Source of the DNA: Acidimicrobiia bacterium
GTDB lineage: Bacteria > Actinomycetota > Acidimicrobiia > Spongiisociales > ZC4RG35
NCBI GenBank assembly: GCA_050742015.1
Contig: JBOGEV010000012.1
Location: 326 to 64,325 of the forward strand
Length of the DNA stretch: 64,000 bases
Direction of reading: 5' to 3'
A model generated the notes under the pieces. That model made no database searches. It was not told the origin of the DNA and worked only from the letters and a program-made list of their open reading frames with translations. Below are positions 9,107-17,655 of this stretch, one piece after another (the stretch's first letter is position 1; every line of letters starts with the position of its first letter). A program made the position numbers and the translations under genes.

Positions 9107-9883
9107 TTAGACGGGCTTGTGGGCTCGGAACGGATAGCCCCAGGTTCCGAATGACCGTGCGTTCCTCTCGCCGTTTGCGCCGGCATAGGTGTCGACTCGA
9201 GGGCCGAACTCGAGCTCGAGGAACCCGACCGCGGTGATGACTGCCTCCCACCCTGCACACGGCAGGGCACCGGCAATTCAGCCGGTCCAGAGGTCGATGT
9301 TCCTTCTCGCCTCCTCCGAGACCGGTTTGTCGACGCAAATGTCGGCGATTTGGAAGCGGCCGCCCGGCTTGAGGGCACGCTCGATCTGTCGGTAGGCGCC
9401 GTATTTGTCGACCGTGAGGTTGAGCACGCCGTTGGAGATGACGAGATCCACCGACTCGGCGTCAACGGGCAGTCGTTCCGCCCGTCCTTCACGAAACTCG
9501 ACATTGGCGAGACCCATCCGATCCGCGCTATGCCGGGCGGCTCCGAGCATTTCGCGTGTCATGTCCACGCCGACCACCCGGCCTTCCGGACCGACGGCCT
9601 TGGCGGCGATCAGGACGTCCACACCGGCTCCCGATCCTACGTCGAGGACGGTTTCGCCCCGTCTCGGCAATCCGAAGTGGAAAGGGTTGGCGACGCCGGC
9701 GAAGGATGCGATCACATCGTCAGGCAAGTCGTCGATGATTGAGTTGTCGTAGCCGACCTGCCGGGCCGCCTCCCGGCCGGTGTGGAAGTGGAACTCGTGC
9801 TCGGGGTTGGTGGCTACCTCGGCGTAATGCTTCTGGATCTCGACCCGTAGTTGGTCCTCGTCGACCGGGATGATGTCAGTCAT
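9107..9883 (-). CDS. ArsM/AS3MT-like SAM-dependent methyltransferase with in-frame UGA (candidate selenocysteine) at 9280..9278
   Basis: SAM motif VLDVGSGAGVD. ATGA overlap with the upstream MFS gene. The frame stays open 56 codons past the TGA and reads DLWTG-[UGA]-IAGALPCAGWEAVITAVGF..., matching the ArsM ..W.xC(I/L)xGAL..AGF.. region. TAA at 9109..9107. If the UGA is a true stop, the product is 9278..9883 (201 aa). Confidence 0.6.
9249..9269 (-). promoter_or_regulatory. SECIS-like stem-loop downstream of the in-frame UGA
   Basis: The mRNA UGCCCUGC-CGUGU-GCAGGGUG forms 6 Watson-Crick plus 2 G-U pairs. The loop spans +20..+24 from the U of UGA, with G/U at +23/+24. Confidence 0.5.
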
Positions 9884-11142
9884 TGCGCACCTTTCGTGAT
9901 GATCTGGGGAAGTGTCTCTCGCATCCGCACGGCGACGTCGAGCCCGCTGACGGCGGTGATGGCGGCCACTGCGACGATGGCGGTTGGAATGGTGTAGAGG
10001 TCGGCTAGTACTCCGGCCAAGACCGCCCCTACCGCGAAGCCGAGGTCCCGCCACAGCCTGTAGACACCTATGGCGGCGCCACGCCAGTAGGGGTGGGCGA
10101 TGTCGCTGACTGCGGCAATGAGAGTGGGGTAGGCCATGGCAGTGCCGGCTCCGAACAGGATGCTTCCCGCCACCCAATACTCGACTTGGCCACCAAGAGC
10201 GATGATGAGAAGCCCGGCTGCTTGGTTGAACTGGCCGAACACGATGAGCAGCTTCCTTCCGATCCGGTCCGACAGTGCGCCGGTGAGGAGCTGGCCGAAT
10301 CCCCAGACAGCTGGGGCAATGGCTACGAGGCCTCCAACTGTGGCGAGGTTGAGCCCGGCGGTGGCGAAGAGGACGGGGAGCAGGCCCCAGGCCATTCCCT
10401 CGTTGAGGTTGTTCACCAAACCGGCCCGACTCGCCGAGGAAAGGCTCCGGTCCCCCCAGCTGGTCAGGGCGAACACCTGCTTGGAGTCGAGGCCACCGTC
10501 GAGGTGCCCGATATGAAGGGCGGCTTCTCGGGTGACGTGGTCACTGGTCTCTCGGACAAAGAGCGCGCTCAGCCCGAGGCCCAGGGCGGCGACCGCAAGG
10601 CCCAGGAAGAATGGGGCGGGTCGGAGTCCCGCGCTCTCGGCGATGGCTCCGGTCGCCCAGGCGACGGCAGCGAGTGCGGCGTAGCCGGCTGCCTCGTTGA
10701 ACCCCATCGCGGTTCCGCGGAGCCGGGGGCCGACCAGGTCGATCTTCATGATCACCGTCACCGACCACGTCAAGCCCTGACTGACCCCCAAGAGAATGTT
10801 GGCTACCAGCACCCATTCCCAGGTCGGAGCCCACATGAGAAGAAGGGGCACAGGGAGCCCGATCAGCCATCCTGCGACAAGGACCGGTTTTCTCCCGTAC
10901 CGGTCCGCCAGATAGCCGGCGAAGAAGTTGACCGCGGCCTTGGAGAGCCCGAACACGACTATGAACGAGACCATTCCGGCATATGCGGCAATCCCGAACT
11001 CGGCCTCCGCGAGCAGGGGGACCACCGTCCGCTCCTGGCCGACCATCCCGCCGACCAGGGCGTTGACCGCCACCAGCAGGAGGAATTGAGGGAGATTCTC
11101 CCGCAGCCCGAGCCGGACCGGTCGTCCGAGCTGATCGGTCAT
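9880..11142 (-). CDS. MFS transporter
   Basis: 420 aa and about 12 TM helices, with MFS loop motifs (GYLADRYGRKPVLVAG; LSDRIGRKLLIV). ATGA overlaps at both ends. The N-terminal 158 codons of the ORF-track version overlap the upstream gene and were trimmed. Confidence 0.85.
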   Translation of the reverse strand: MTDQLGRPVRLGLRENLPQFLLLVAVNALVGGMVGQERTVVPLLAEAEFGIAAYAGMVSFIVVFGLSKAAVNFFAGYLADRYGRKPVLVAGWLIGLPVPLLLMWAPTWEWVLVANILLGVSQGLTWSVTVIMKIDLVGPRLRGTAMGFNEAAGYAALAAVAWATGAIAESAGLRPAPFFLGLAVAALGLGLSALFVRETSDHVTREAALHIGHLDGGLDSKQVFALTSWGDRSLSSASRAGLVNNLNEGMAWGLLPVLFATAGLNLATVGGLVAIAPAVWGFGQLLTGALSDRIGRKLLIVFGQFNQAAGLLIIALGGQVEYWVAGSILFGAGTAMAYPTLIAAVSDIAHPYWRGAAIGVYRLWRDLGFAVGAVLAGVLADLYTIPTAIVAVAAITAVSGLDVAVRMRETLPQIITKGAQ

Positions 11143-12482
11143 GAACCCCCGCTCTTGGTCGAGAGCTGGTCGTGCCCACCCTCGAACACGACCACGTCCT
11201 GACGACCTGCTTTGGCGAGGAGGCTGGCTGCGGTCATGGCTCGCTCCCCATGACCGCAGTGGAGTAGCAACTGACCGCGAGGCAGTTCGGCGGTCGAATC
11301 GACAACCGAGCCGAGCTCGACGTGGACGGCGTCGGGATGGTGTCCCGTCTCGTACTCCGATTCCTGCCTGACATCGAGGATCGACCGCTGCCCGACCCCT
11401 GCCGGATTCCTGGCGACCTCGATCTGCGACACCGGCCGCCCTGCATCGATCCAAGCGGGCAGCCCGCCGGCGAGCAGCCCCGTCAAGTTCTCGAACCCGA
11501 CGGTGAGGGCCGACCAGGTCAGGTCGTGTTCGTCGACCGTCCTGTCGGTGACGAACACCAATGGTGTATCCAAGGGCAAGAGCCAACCGAGCCATGTGGA
11601 GAACGACTCTCGCCACGGGTTGGATATGGATTCAGGCACATGTCCGGCAGAAAAGGCGTCGATGGCGCGCACGTCGATCACCTCGGCGCCATCGGCCATT
11701 GCGGCCTCCACCTCCGAAACCGAAAGCCGCGGCAGGGGTGGAGAGGTGCCGAAGACCCGGGGTCCTCGCCTGTTCAGTTGCCGCAGCTCGAGGAAGTAGG
11801 GGGGATAGCTGCCGTAACCGGCGAGCAGACGCCGAACGAAGGTGTCTTCGTCGGCCTCGCCGGCCATCAACGGGTTGGAGACCTTCTCGGCCCCGATGGT
11901 CGTGGTCCGTTCCGTGTCGCCTCCCACTGAGCAGAACGACCCGGCGCCGTGGGTCGGATAGACGACCAGCTCGTCGGGGAGGGTGAACAATCGCTGCCGG
12001 ATCGACCGGTAGGCCGCCCGCGCCAGCGGCTCGGTCTGGTCGGGGGTGAGAAGGTCGGTGCGAGCCACGCCGCCCGCCATCAGCGTCCCACCCGAGAACA
12101 ACCCGATCTGATGCGAGTCGTCGGAGAGGAGATACGAGAGGTGCTCGGGAGTGTGCCCCGGTGTGGCGATCACCTCCAAGGTCAACCCTCCCAGATCGAC
12201 CTTCTCGCCATCGCTCAACGGCCGATGTGGGAACGCCGCTTGCGAGGCCGCTGGAGCCAGGAGAGTCGCTCCCTCGGCGATCAGCTCACGGCTCCCGGAG
12301 ACGAAGTCGGCATGGAGGTGGGTCTCGACGACGAATCTGGGGCGAAGACGGGCCCGCGCCAGCCGGCGCAGGTATGGACGCGGGTCCCGCTCGGGGTCCA
12401 CCACCATCGCTCCACCGTCGCCCAAATCCACGACGTAGGAGCTGTTGCCCAGACCTTCGTCGACGATCGGCGTCACCACCAT
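11139..12482 (-). CDS. MBL-fold metallo-hydrolase fused to two rhodanese-like domains (CstB/Blh-like persulfide dioxygenase-sulfurtransferase candidate)
   Basis: N-terminal metallo-beta-lactamase motif ETHLHADFVSG and TPGHTPEH. The C-terminal rhodanese domains end in the active-site loop LLHCGHGERA. Confidence 0.8.
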   Translation of the reverse strand: MVVTPIVDEGLGNSSYVVDLGDGGAMVVDPERDPRPYLRRLARARLRPRFVVETHLHADFVSGSRELIAEGATLLAPAASQAAFPHRPLSDGEKVDLGGLTLEVIATPGHTPEHLSYLLSDDSHQIGLFSGGTLMAGGVARTDLLTPDQTEPLARAAYRSIRQRLFTLPDELVVYPTHGAGSFCSVGGDTERTTTIGAEKVSNPLMAGEADEDTFVRRLLAGYGSYPPYFLELRQLNRRGPRVFGTSPPLPRLSVSEVEAAMADGAEVIDVRAIDAFSAGHVPESISNPWRESFSTWLGWLLPLDTPLVFVTDRTVDEHDLTWSALTVGFENLTGLLAGGLPAWIDAGRPVSQIEVARNPAGVGQRSILDVRQESEYETGHHPDAVHVELGSVVDSTAELPRGQLLLHCGHGERAMTAASLLAKAGRQDVVVFEGGHDQLSTKSGGS

Positions 12483-12502
12483 GTCGTACCCTTCTCAAGC
12501 CT

Positions 12503-12554
12503 TCACTTGAATAATGGCCCGACTTCCCGCTATAGTCAAGCGATCATTTGAATA
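12503..12554. promoter_or_regulatory. Candidate operator boxes and back-to-back divergent promoters of the ArsR-rhodanese / MBL-rhodanese intergenic region
   Basis: TCACTTGAATA (12503..12513) and TCATTTGAATA (12544..12554) are direct repeats. An imperfect inverted copy TATAGTCAAGCGA lies at 12531..12543. Plus-strand TTGAAT-N18-TATAGT (12507..12536). Minus-strand TTGACT (12539..12534)-N17-CATTAT. The region is AT-rich relative to its surroundings. Confidence 0.45.
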
Positions 12555-12574
12555 GCTGATCGGGGTAAGAAAAG

Positions 12575-13276
12575 ATGCTGGAAACGGAGCCATCGACGGA
12601 TCCCAAGAGGAAGGCGAAGGACGCCATGTTCGAGGGGTTCGCCTCGATCGCGGCCGCGCTGGCCTCGGGTCGCCGCGTCGAGATAGTCGAGGTACTCGCC
12701 CAAGGGGAGCGAACGGTCGAAGATGTCGCCCAGGCAATAGGCCAGTCGGTGGCCAACACGTCTCACCATCTGCGGACACTGGCTCGGGCCGGCCTCGTTT
12801 CCACCCGCCGCCAGGGAAATCACATCTACTACCGCCTGGCATCGGAGTCGGTTGCCGACGTCTGGCTCGCCATCCGAAACCTGGCAGCCGACCGTCTGGA
12901 AGCAATGGACCAACTCGTCCATGCCTATCTCGGCGATCGAACCGAGCTGGAGGTGATCGGGGTCGAGGACTTGAGGGAGCGCCTGCGGACCGGTGAGGTG
13001 GTGTTGATCGATGTCCGACCCGAGCCCGAGTACCAGGCCGGCCATCTGCCTGGCGCCGTGTCGGTGCCGCCCGATGACTTCTCGCGGCTCGACGCCCTAC
13101 TCGAGATCCTCCCTCCCGACCGCGACATCGTGGCCTATTGCCGGGGCCCGTACTGCCTCTACGCCGACAGCGCAATCCGATACCTGGCCGGCCGAGGCCG
13201 GACCGCCGCTCGGCTCGAACAGGGAATTCCCGAGTGGCGACGCGGAGGCGGGCTCGTGGAGACCCAGTCCACTTAA
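12575..13276 (+). CDS. ArsR/SmtB-family transcriptional regulator fused to a rhodanese domain
   Basis: Winged-HTH ArsR core (RVEIVEVLAQGERTVEDVAQAIGQSVANTSHHLRTLARAGLV). C-terminal rhodanese domain with active-site CRGPYC. Confidence 0.85.
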   Translation: MLETEPSTDPKRKAKDAMFEGFASIAAALASGRRVEIVEVLAQGERTVEDVAQAIGQSVANTSHHLRTLARAGLVSTRRQGNHIYYRLASESVADVWLAIRNLAADRLEAMDQLVHAYLGDRTELEVIGVEDLRERLRTGEVVLIDVRPEPEYQAGHLPGAVSVPPDDFSRLDALLEILPPDRDIVAYCRGPYCLYADSAIRYLAGRGRTAARLEQGIPEWRRGGGLVETQST

Positions 13277-13959
13277 GGACGGTGAGGCACGATGGACACC
13301 GAATTCGGCGTGGCGCTGGACCCTGTGCAGGAACGGACCTGTACCAGCAAGGTCAAGACCACGCCCGGCGCGGGGTGACCAGGAACAATATGTGATGGGA
13401 GTCGTCGCCGAGTCGTGATGTCCTCAACCACCAGGCCGGAGATCTTTGCAGCCAAGCTCCTGGTCGAAGCGGGGGCGGGCGCCGGCGAACACGACACGCC
13501 TCAGTCTTGCTCCCAAGCGAAGTCGGCGGCACGGTTCCCCGGCCTCGACGTGTCGAGGAAGCCGGTCAGGTTCAGAGTTGTCTTGGCGGGCGATCTGTAC
13601 CAGACGATGATGCTCGGCCTGGTGGATCCGATCGTCATGGATGGATCGGACGACGCCAGGGTCAATGTACGGATTCACAATGTGTCTCTCAGGGTTGACG
13701 TTTCTTTGCTGCCACATGACGCGGCATGACATTTCTCGCACAGGTCGGTTCCCATGCAGAAGAGGTTTGGTAGACGACCCGGGGAGACGAAGGGTGGTCA
13801 AATGACGCCGACTCCCCGCTCGCCTGCCAAGACGTCCTTGGCGTGGCGATGGCACAGACCGCTCACCTCCACCCCACGTCAATGCTGAGCCACCGTCTGA
13901 AGATGAGCACACCCCTCGCCACGGGGTAACGACCATCTGGGCGGACCAGTCCAACACAT

Positions 13960-14409
13960 ATGCGATTTCGCCTCCCCGAATGGGACGTCCGGATGCCGGA
14001 GTCGCTCGTCTCCTATTGGGCTGCGTGGAACGAGATGGAAATAGGCCTAGTGACGCAGCACCTCGCCCGAGCAGTCACAGAGGACGTTGAGTGGACCGAT
14101 CCTCGTGACGCGTTCGTCGGGATTGCTGAGTTGGAAGCCGCGATCCGAAGTCTTCGAACGAGCAAGCCGGGCTATCGCTTCGTCATCGCGTCAGAAGTGG
14201 ATCATCATCACGACCGATTCAGGTACCGATGGGACATGATCAGTCGCGGCCGAACTTTGATGGAGGGCCTCGACATCGTCACGATCGACCCTTCGACGGG
14301 TTTGATCTGCCGCGTCGACGGGTTCTTCGGACAGGTCACTCCGATCAAAGGAGAAGCGACGGGTGTGCCCGCTGAGTTACTCGGAGAATCCGAGAGTCAC
14401 AACGGCTAG
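13960..14409 (+). CDS. NTF2/SnoaL-like fold protein
   Basis: 149 aa, alpha+beta barrel-like (YWAAWNEM...; RFRYRWDMISRGRTLMEGLDIVTID). Family call is approximate. Confidence 0.55.
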   Translation: MRFRLPEWDVRMPESLVSYWAAWNEMEIGLVTQHLARAVTEDVEWTDPRDAFVGIAELEAAIRSLRTSKPGYRFVIASEVDHHHDRFRYRWDMISRGRTLMEGLDIVTIDPSTGLICRVDGFFGQVTPIKGEATGVPAELLGESESHNG

Positions 14410-14448
14410 CGCCTTACCCCGCAGTCGCTCAAACCGCTGCATGTGTCG

Positions 14449-14521
14449 AGCCGGGTGCCGGAATCGAACCGACGACCTGCTGTTTACAAGACAGCTGCTC
14501 TACCAACTGAGCTAACCCGGC
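14449..14521 (-). tRNA. tRNA-Thr (anticodon UGU)
   Basis: Cloverleaf folded by hand from GCCGGGTTAGCTCAGTTGGTAGAGCAGCTGTCTTGTAAACAGCAGGTCGTCGGTTCGATTCCGGCACCCGGCT. 7-bp acceptor stem, anticodon loop CT-TGT-AA, T-loop TTCGATT. CCA is not encoded. Confidence 0.95.
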
Positions 14522-14630
14522 GATAGCTCGAGATTACCGGGCGGCCTCGATTCCCCGAGGTGGAGGGCCGCGGATCCGACCTGGAACGACCGGAGTCATC
14601 TGCAATGATCCAGGGCAACGATCCGAGGAC

Positions 14631-15023
14631 TTGATGACTCTCTCTGCAGTAGATCTGATGGAACTTCTCAACAGACATACCGATGCTTGGAACCGCCACG
14701 ATCTCGAAGCCCTCATGGATCTCTTCGATCAGGACTGTGTCTTCGAAGCGTCCGGAGGCGACGAGGTCGTGGGAAAGCGGCATCGTGGGCACACCGAGGT
14801 CAAGCACGCGTTTGCCGAGGTCCTCGAATCGATGCCGGACGCCCAGTGGGGCAATGGGCGCCACTACATCCTCGCCCCGGACTATGGCGTGTCCGAGTGG
14901 ACTCTCACCGGAACACTTCCCGACGGTCGGCGCCTCGAGGTCAATGGCTGTGATTTCCTGACTGTGCGCAACGGAAAGATCGTCGCCAAGAACTCCTATC
15001 GAAAGCAGCGACCCCCGATCTGA
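14631..15023 (+). CDS. SnoaL-like (NTF2 family) protein
   Basis: 130 aa with the N-terminal pattern LNRHTDAWNRHDLEALMDLFDQDCVFE, typical of SnoaL-like polyketide-cyclase-fold proteins. Confidence 0.7.
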   Translation: MMTLSAVDLMELLNRHTDAWNRHDLEALMDLFDQDCVFEASGGDEVVGKRHRGHTEVKHAFAEVLESMPDAQWGNGRHYILAPDYGVSEWTLTGTLPDGRRLEVNGCDFLTVRNGKIVAKNSYRKQRPPI

Positions 15024-15044
15024 TCCGGTGTGCCTGGCCTGTTG

Positions 15045-15794
15045 TCACTCAGCGCCGGAGTCATGGCTCCGCCTGACCCGCATGACCTCGAAGCCGGCCA
15101 GAGCTGCGGACACCGAGGCGTTGAGACTGTCCGAGCCCCCGGCCATGGGGATCGAGGCCAGGAGGTCGCATCTCTTGGCGGCAAGGACGGAGAGACCGGC
15201 ACCTTCGGCCCCGACCACCACGGCCACCGGCTCGGTAAGGATCTCGAGGCCGAACAGGGACGTCGCCGAGTCGGCATTGAGGCCGACGATCCATATGCCA
15301 CCACCCTTGAGCCGATTGAGAGCCTCAGGGATCGATCCGACCACAGAGATCGGGAGTGTCTCCAGGGCCCCAGCCGCCGCCTTGAAGGCGGCAGCCGACA
15401 GCGGCGCAGCCCGCTTGGCCGAGACCACCATGCCGGTCATTCCCGATGCCAAGGCGCTGCGGGCGATGGCGCCCACGTTGTGCGGATCCTCGATGTGATC
15501 GAGCACGACGAGGGCCGCTTCGGCGACGAAGAGAGCGTCGATCGGGACAGGCATGATGGGGGTGCAATCGGCGACCACGCCCTGTGGCGCCTCGGTCTCC
15601 GCCATCCGCCGCACGTCGGCCACAGTGGCGACCCTGTCCGACCCGACCGCATCGGCAATCGAGGCGACATCAGGGATGCCGAGCCGTCTCTCCTCGACCC
15701 AGAGCTTGCGCACCCGTCCCGCGGCGGCGGCCGCGACCACCGCGTGCAGCCCTTCGACCCTATTTCCGTAACCAGCGGGTGCCATCCGGGCCAT
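15045..15794 (-). CDS. TrmH/SpoU-family RNA 2'-O-methyltransferase (RlmB-like)
   Basis: SpoU motifs (VLDHIEDPHNVGAIARSA; VVVGAEGAGLS; IPMAGGSDSLNASVSAAL). Located downstream of cysS, as in other actinobacteria. Start may be 15785. Confidence 0.85.
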   Translation of the reverse strand: MARMAPAGYGNRVEGLHAVVAAAAAGRVRKLWVEERRLGIPDVASIADAVGSDRVATVADVRRMAETEAPQGVVADCTPIMPVPIDALFVAEAALVVLDHIEDPHNVGAIARSALASGMTGMVVSAKRAAPLSAAAFKAAAGALETLPISVVGSIPEALNRLKGGGIWIVGLNADSATSLFGLEILTEPVAVVVGAEGAGLSVLAAKRCDLLASIPMAGGSDSLNASVSAALAGFEVMRVRRSHDSGAE

Positions 15795-17151
15795 CCTCCA
15801 AGATCACGCCCGCCCGCTCCAGACCTTCCCGGATCGCGTCGGCGGCGTCGAACCTCCGATCATCCCGGGCGAGGGCGCGAAGTTCGACCAGCCGGTCGAC
15901 TACATCGTCGCCGTCGCCGTCGAGTCCGAACTTCGCCGGGAGGTCACCCAGGTCGAGGCTCATCTCGACCGGCAACGACGCATCATCGAGCCCGAGCACC
16001 CCGACGATCGACTCCACCGCTCCTGACGTGGCAGAGGCGTCCCCACCCTCGTCGAGGGCGCGGTTGCCGTCGCGCACCAGGTCGAAGAGCAGCGAGACCG
16101 CCTGAGGGGTGCCGAAATCGTCGTCCATCGCTTCCCGGAACGCCGCAATGGCCGTCGGATCGGGCTCACCGGGAGTTGCCCGCTCCCGGAAGCGCTGTAA
16201 CCGGTCCAGAGCGTCCTCGGACTCGGCGAGGAGCTCATCCGAATACTCGATCGGCGACCGGTAATGGGCACGAAGCATGAGCAGGCGAAGGGCCCTCCCC
16301 CCGTGCATCTCCACTATCGAGGCCAGATCGACGATCAGGCCGGTCGACTTGGCCATCTTCTCTCCGCCCAGGTTGACCATCCCGTTATGAAGCCAGTAGC
16401 GAGCAAAAGTCGTGCCTGTGGCGCCCTCACTCTGGGCGATCTCGTTCTCGTGATGGGGGAAGACCAGATCGCTGCCCCCGCCGTGGATGTCGAATCCATC
16501 CCCGAGGTATTTGCCCGCCATCGCCGAGCACTCGATGTGCCAGCCGGGCCGGCCCGCACCCCAGGGTGAGTCCCACCACGGCTCTCCCGGTTTTGCCCCC
16601 TTCCACAGGGCGAAGTCCAGGGGATCGTGCTTCGACTCTCCGACCTCTATCCGATAGCCGGAGCGCAACTCGTCGGGGTTGCGGCCGGAGAGCTTCCCGT
16701 AGCCCTCGTCGGCCCGGACCGAGAAGTAGACGTCCCCCTCCGAGGAGTAGGCGAGGCCTCGATCGATCAGCACCCGGATCAGATCGATGATCTCCGGGAT
16801 GTGCTCGGTGGCCTTGGGCTCCAGGTCGGGCGCCAACACACCGAGGGCCTCATAGCCGGCGGTGAAACGGGCGCTCATCCGCTCTGCCAGCGTCTCCACA
16901 CTCTCCCCGATCTCGGCGGCGGCGGCAATTATCTTGTCCTCGATGTCGGTGACGTTGCGGACATAGGTCACCTGGTATCCGCTCCACATCAGATAGCGAC
17001 GAATTACGTCGAAGGCGACAGCAGAGCGGCCGTGGCCCACATGGGGCGCCCCTTGGACGGTCGGACCGCACACATACATCGAAACCTTGCCCTGGTCCCT
17101 CGGCTCGAAGGGGACAACGGCGCGGTGCAGCGTGCTGTTGAGACGGAGCAT
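15760..17151 (-). CDS. cysS: Cysteine--tRNA ligase
   Basis: Class I HIGH-type motif (APHVGHGRS) and KMSKS-type motif (KMAKS). 463 aa. Confidence 0.95.
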   Translation of the reverse strand: MLRLNSTLHRAVVPFEPRDQGKVSMYVCGPTVQGAPHVGHGRSAVAFDVIRRYLMWSGYQVTYVRNVTDIEDKIIAAAAEIGESVETLAERMSARFTAGYEALGVLAPDLEPKATEHIPEIIDLIRVLIDRGLAYSSEGDVYFSVRADEGYGKLSGRNPDELRSGYRIEVGESKHDPLDFALWKGAKPGEPWWDSPWGAGRPGWHIECSAMAGKYLGDGFDIHGGGSDLVFPHHENEIAQSEGATGTTFARYWLHNGMVNLGGEKMAKSTGLIVDLASIVEMHGGRALRLLMLRAHYRSPIEYSDELLAESEDALDRLQRFRERATPGEPDPTAIAAFREAMDDDFGTPQAVSLLFDLVRDGNRALDEGGDASATSGAVESIVGVLGLDDASLPVEMSLDLGDLPAKFGLDGDGDDVVDRLVELRALARDDRRFDAADAIREGLERAGVILEDGPDGTRWLRK

Positions 17152-17160
17152 CGTCGAATG

Positions 17161-17655
17161 TTACGGCAGGGCGGACACCGTGACCACAGCCACCGCGGCA
17201 AGACCTTCCCCCCGACCGATGAAGCCGAGCCGGTCGGTGGTGGTGGCCTTGACCGACACCGAGCCGACCGGGATGCCGAGTGCTGCCGCCAGGTTGGCCC
17301 GGATCTCGTCCCGATGCGGGGCGATCCGAACCTCCTCGACCACAACGGTGCCGTCGACGTGGCCGATCTCCCAGCCGGCCTCATGTGCCATGCCGACGGT
17401 CAGACGGACGAGGTCGAGGGAGTCGGCGTCATTCGATGCAGGGTCATCCGACGGGAAGTGCTCCCCTAGGTCGGAAAGGGCACATGCCCCGAGGATGGCA
17501 TCGGTGACTGCATGGGCCAGGACATCGCCATCCGAGGTGGCGGTGACCCCGGCGGTCTCGGAAACGATGACGCCACCGAGGATCAGCGGTGGCTCTCCGT
17601 CGAGGGGGTGGGCGTCGAAACCCCAGCCGACACGGATGCCGGCGGCCGGGCTCAT
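17161..17655 (-). CDS. ispF: 2-C-methyl-D-erythritol 2,4-cyclodiphosphate synthase
   Basis: IRVGWGFDAHPL ... SDGDVLAHAVTDAILGA ... motifs. 164 aa. Confidence 0.95.
   Translation of the reverse strand: MSPAAGIRVGWGFDAHPLDGEPPLILGGVIVSETAGVTATSDGDVLAHAVTDAILGACALSDLGEHFPSDDPASNDADSLDLVRLTVGMAHEAGWEIGHVDGTVVVEEVRIAPHRDEIRANLAAALGIPVGSVSVKATTTDRLGFIGRGEGLAAVAVVTVSALP

Noticed and set aside
14449-14521. Possibility that one of the two tRNAs (also 49827..49898) is tRNA-Sec supporting the UGA recoding
   Set aside because: Both fold as standard 7/5 tRNAs with short variable arms and anticodons UGU and CGU (Thr). Neither has a UCA anticodon or the long extra arm of tRNA-Sec.
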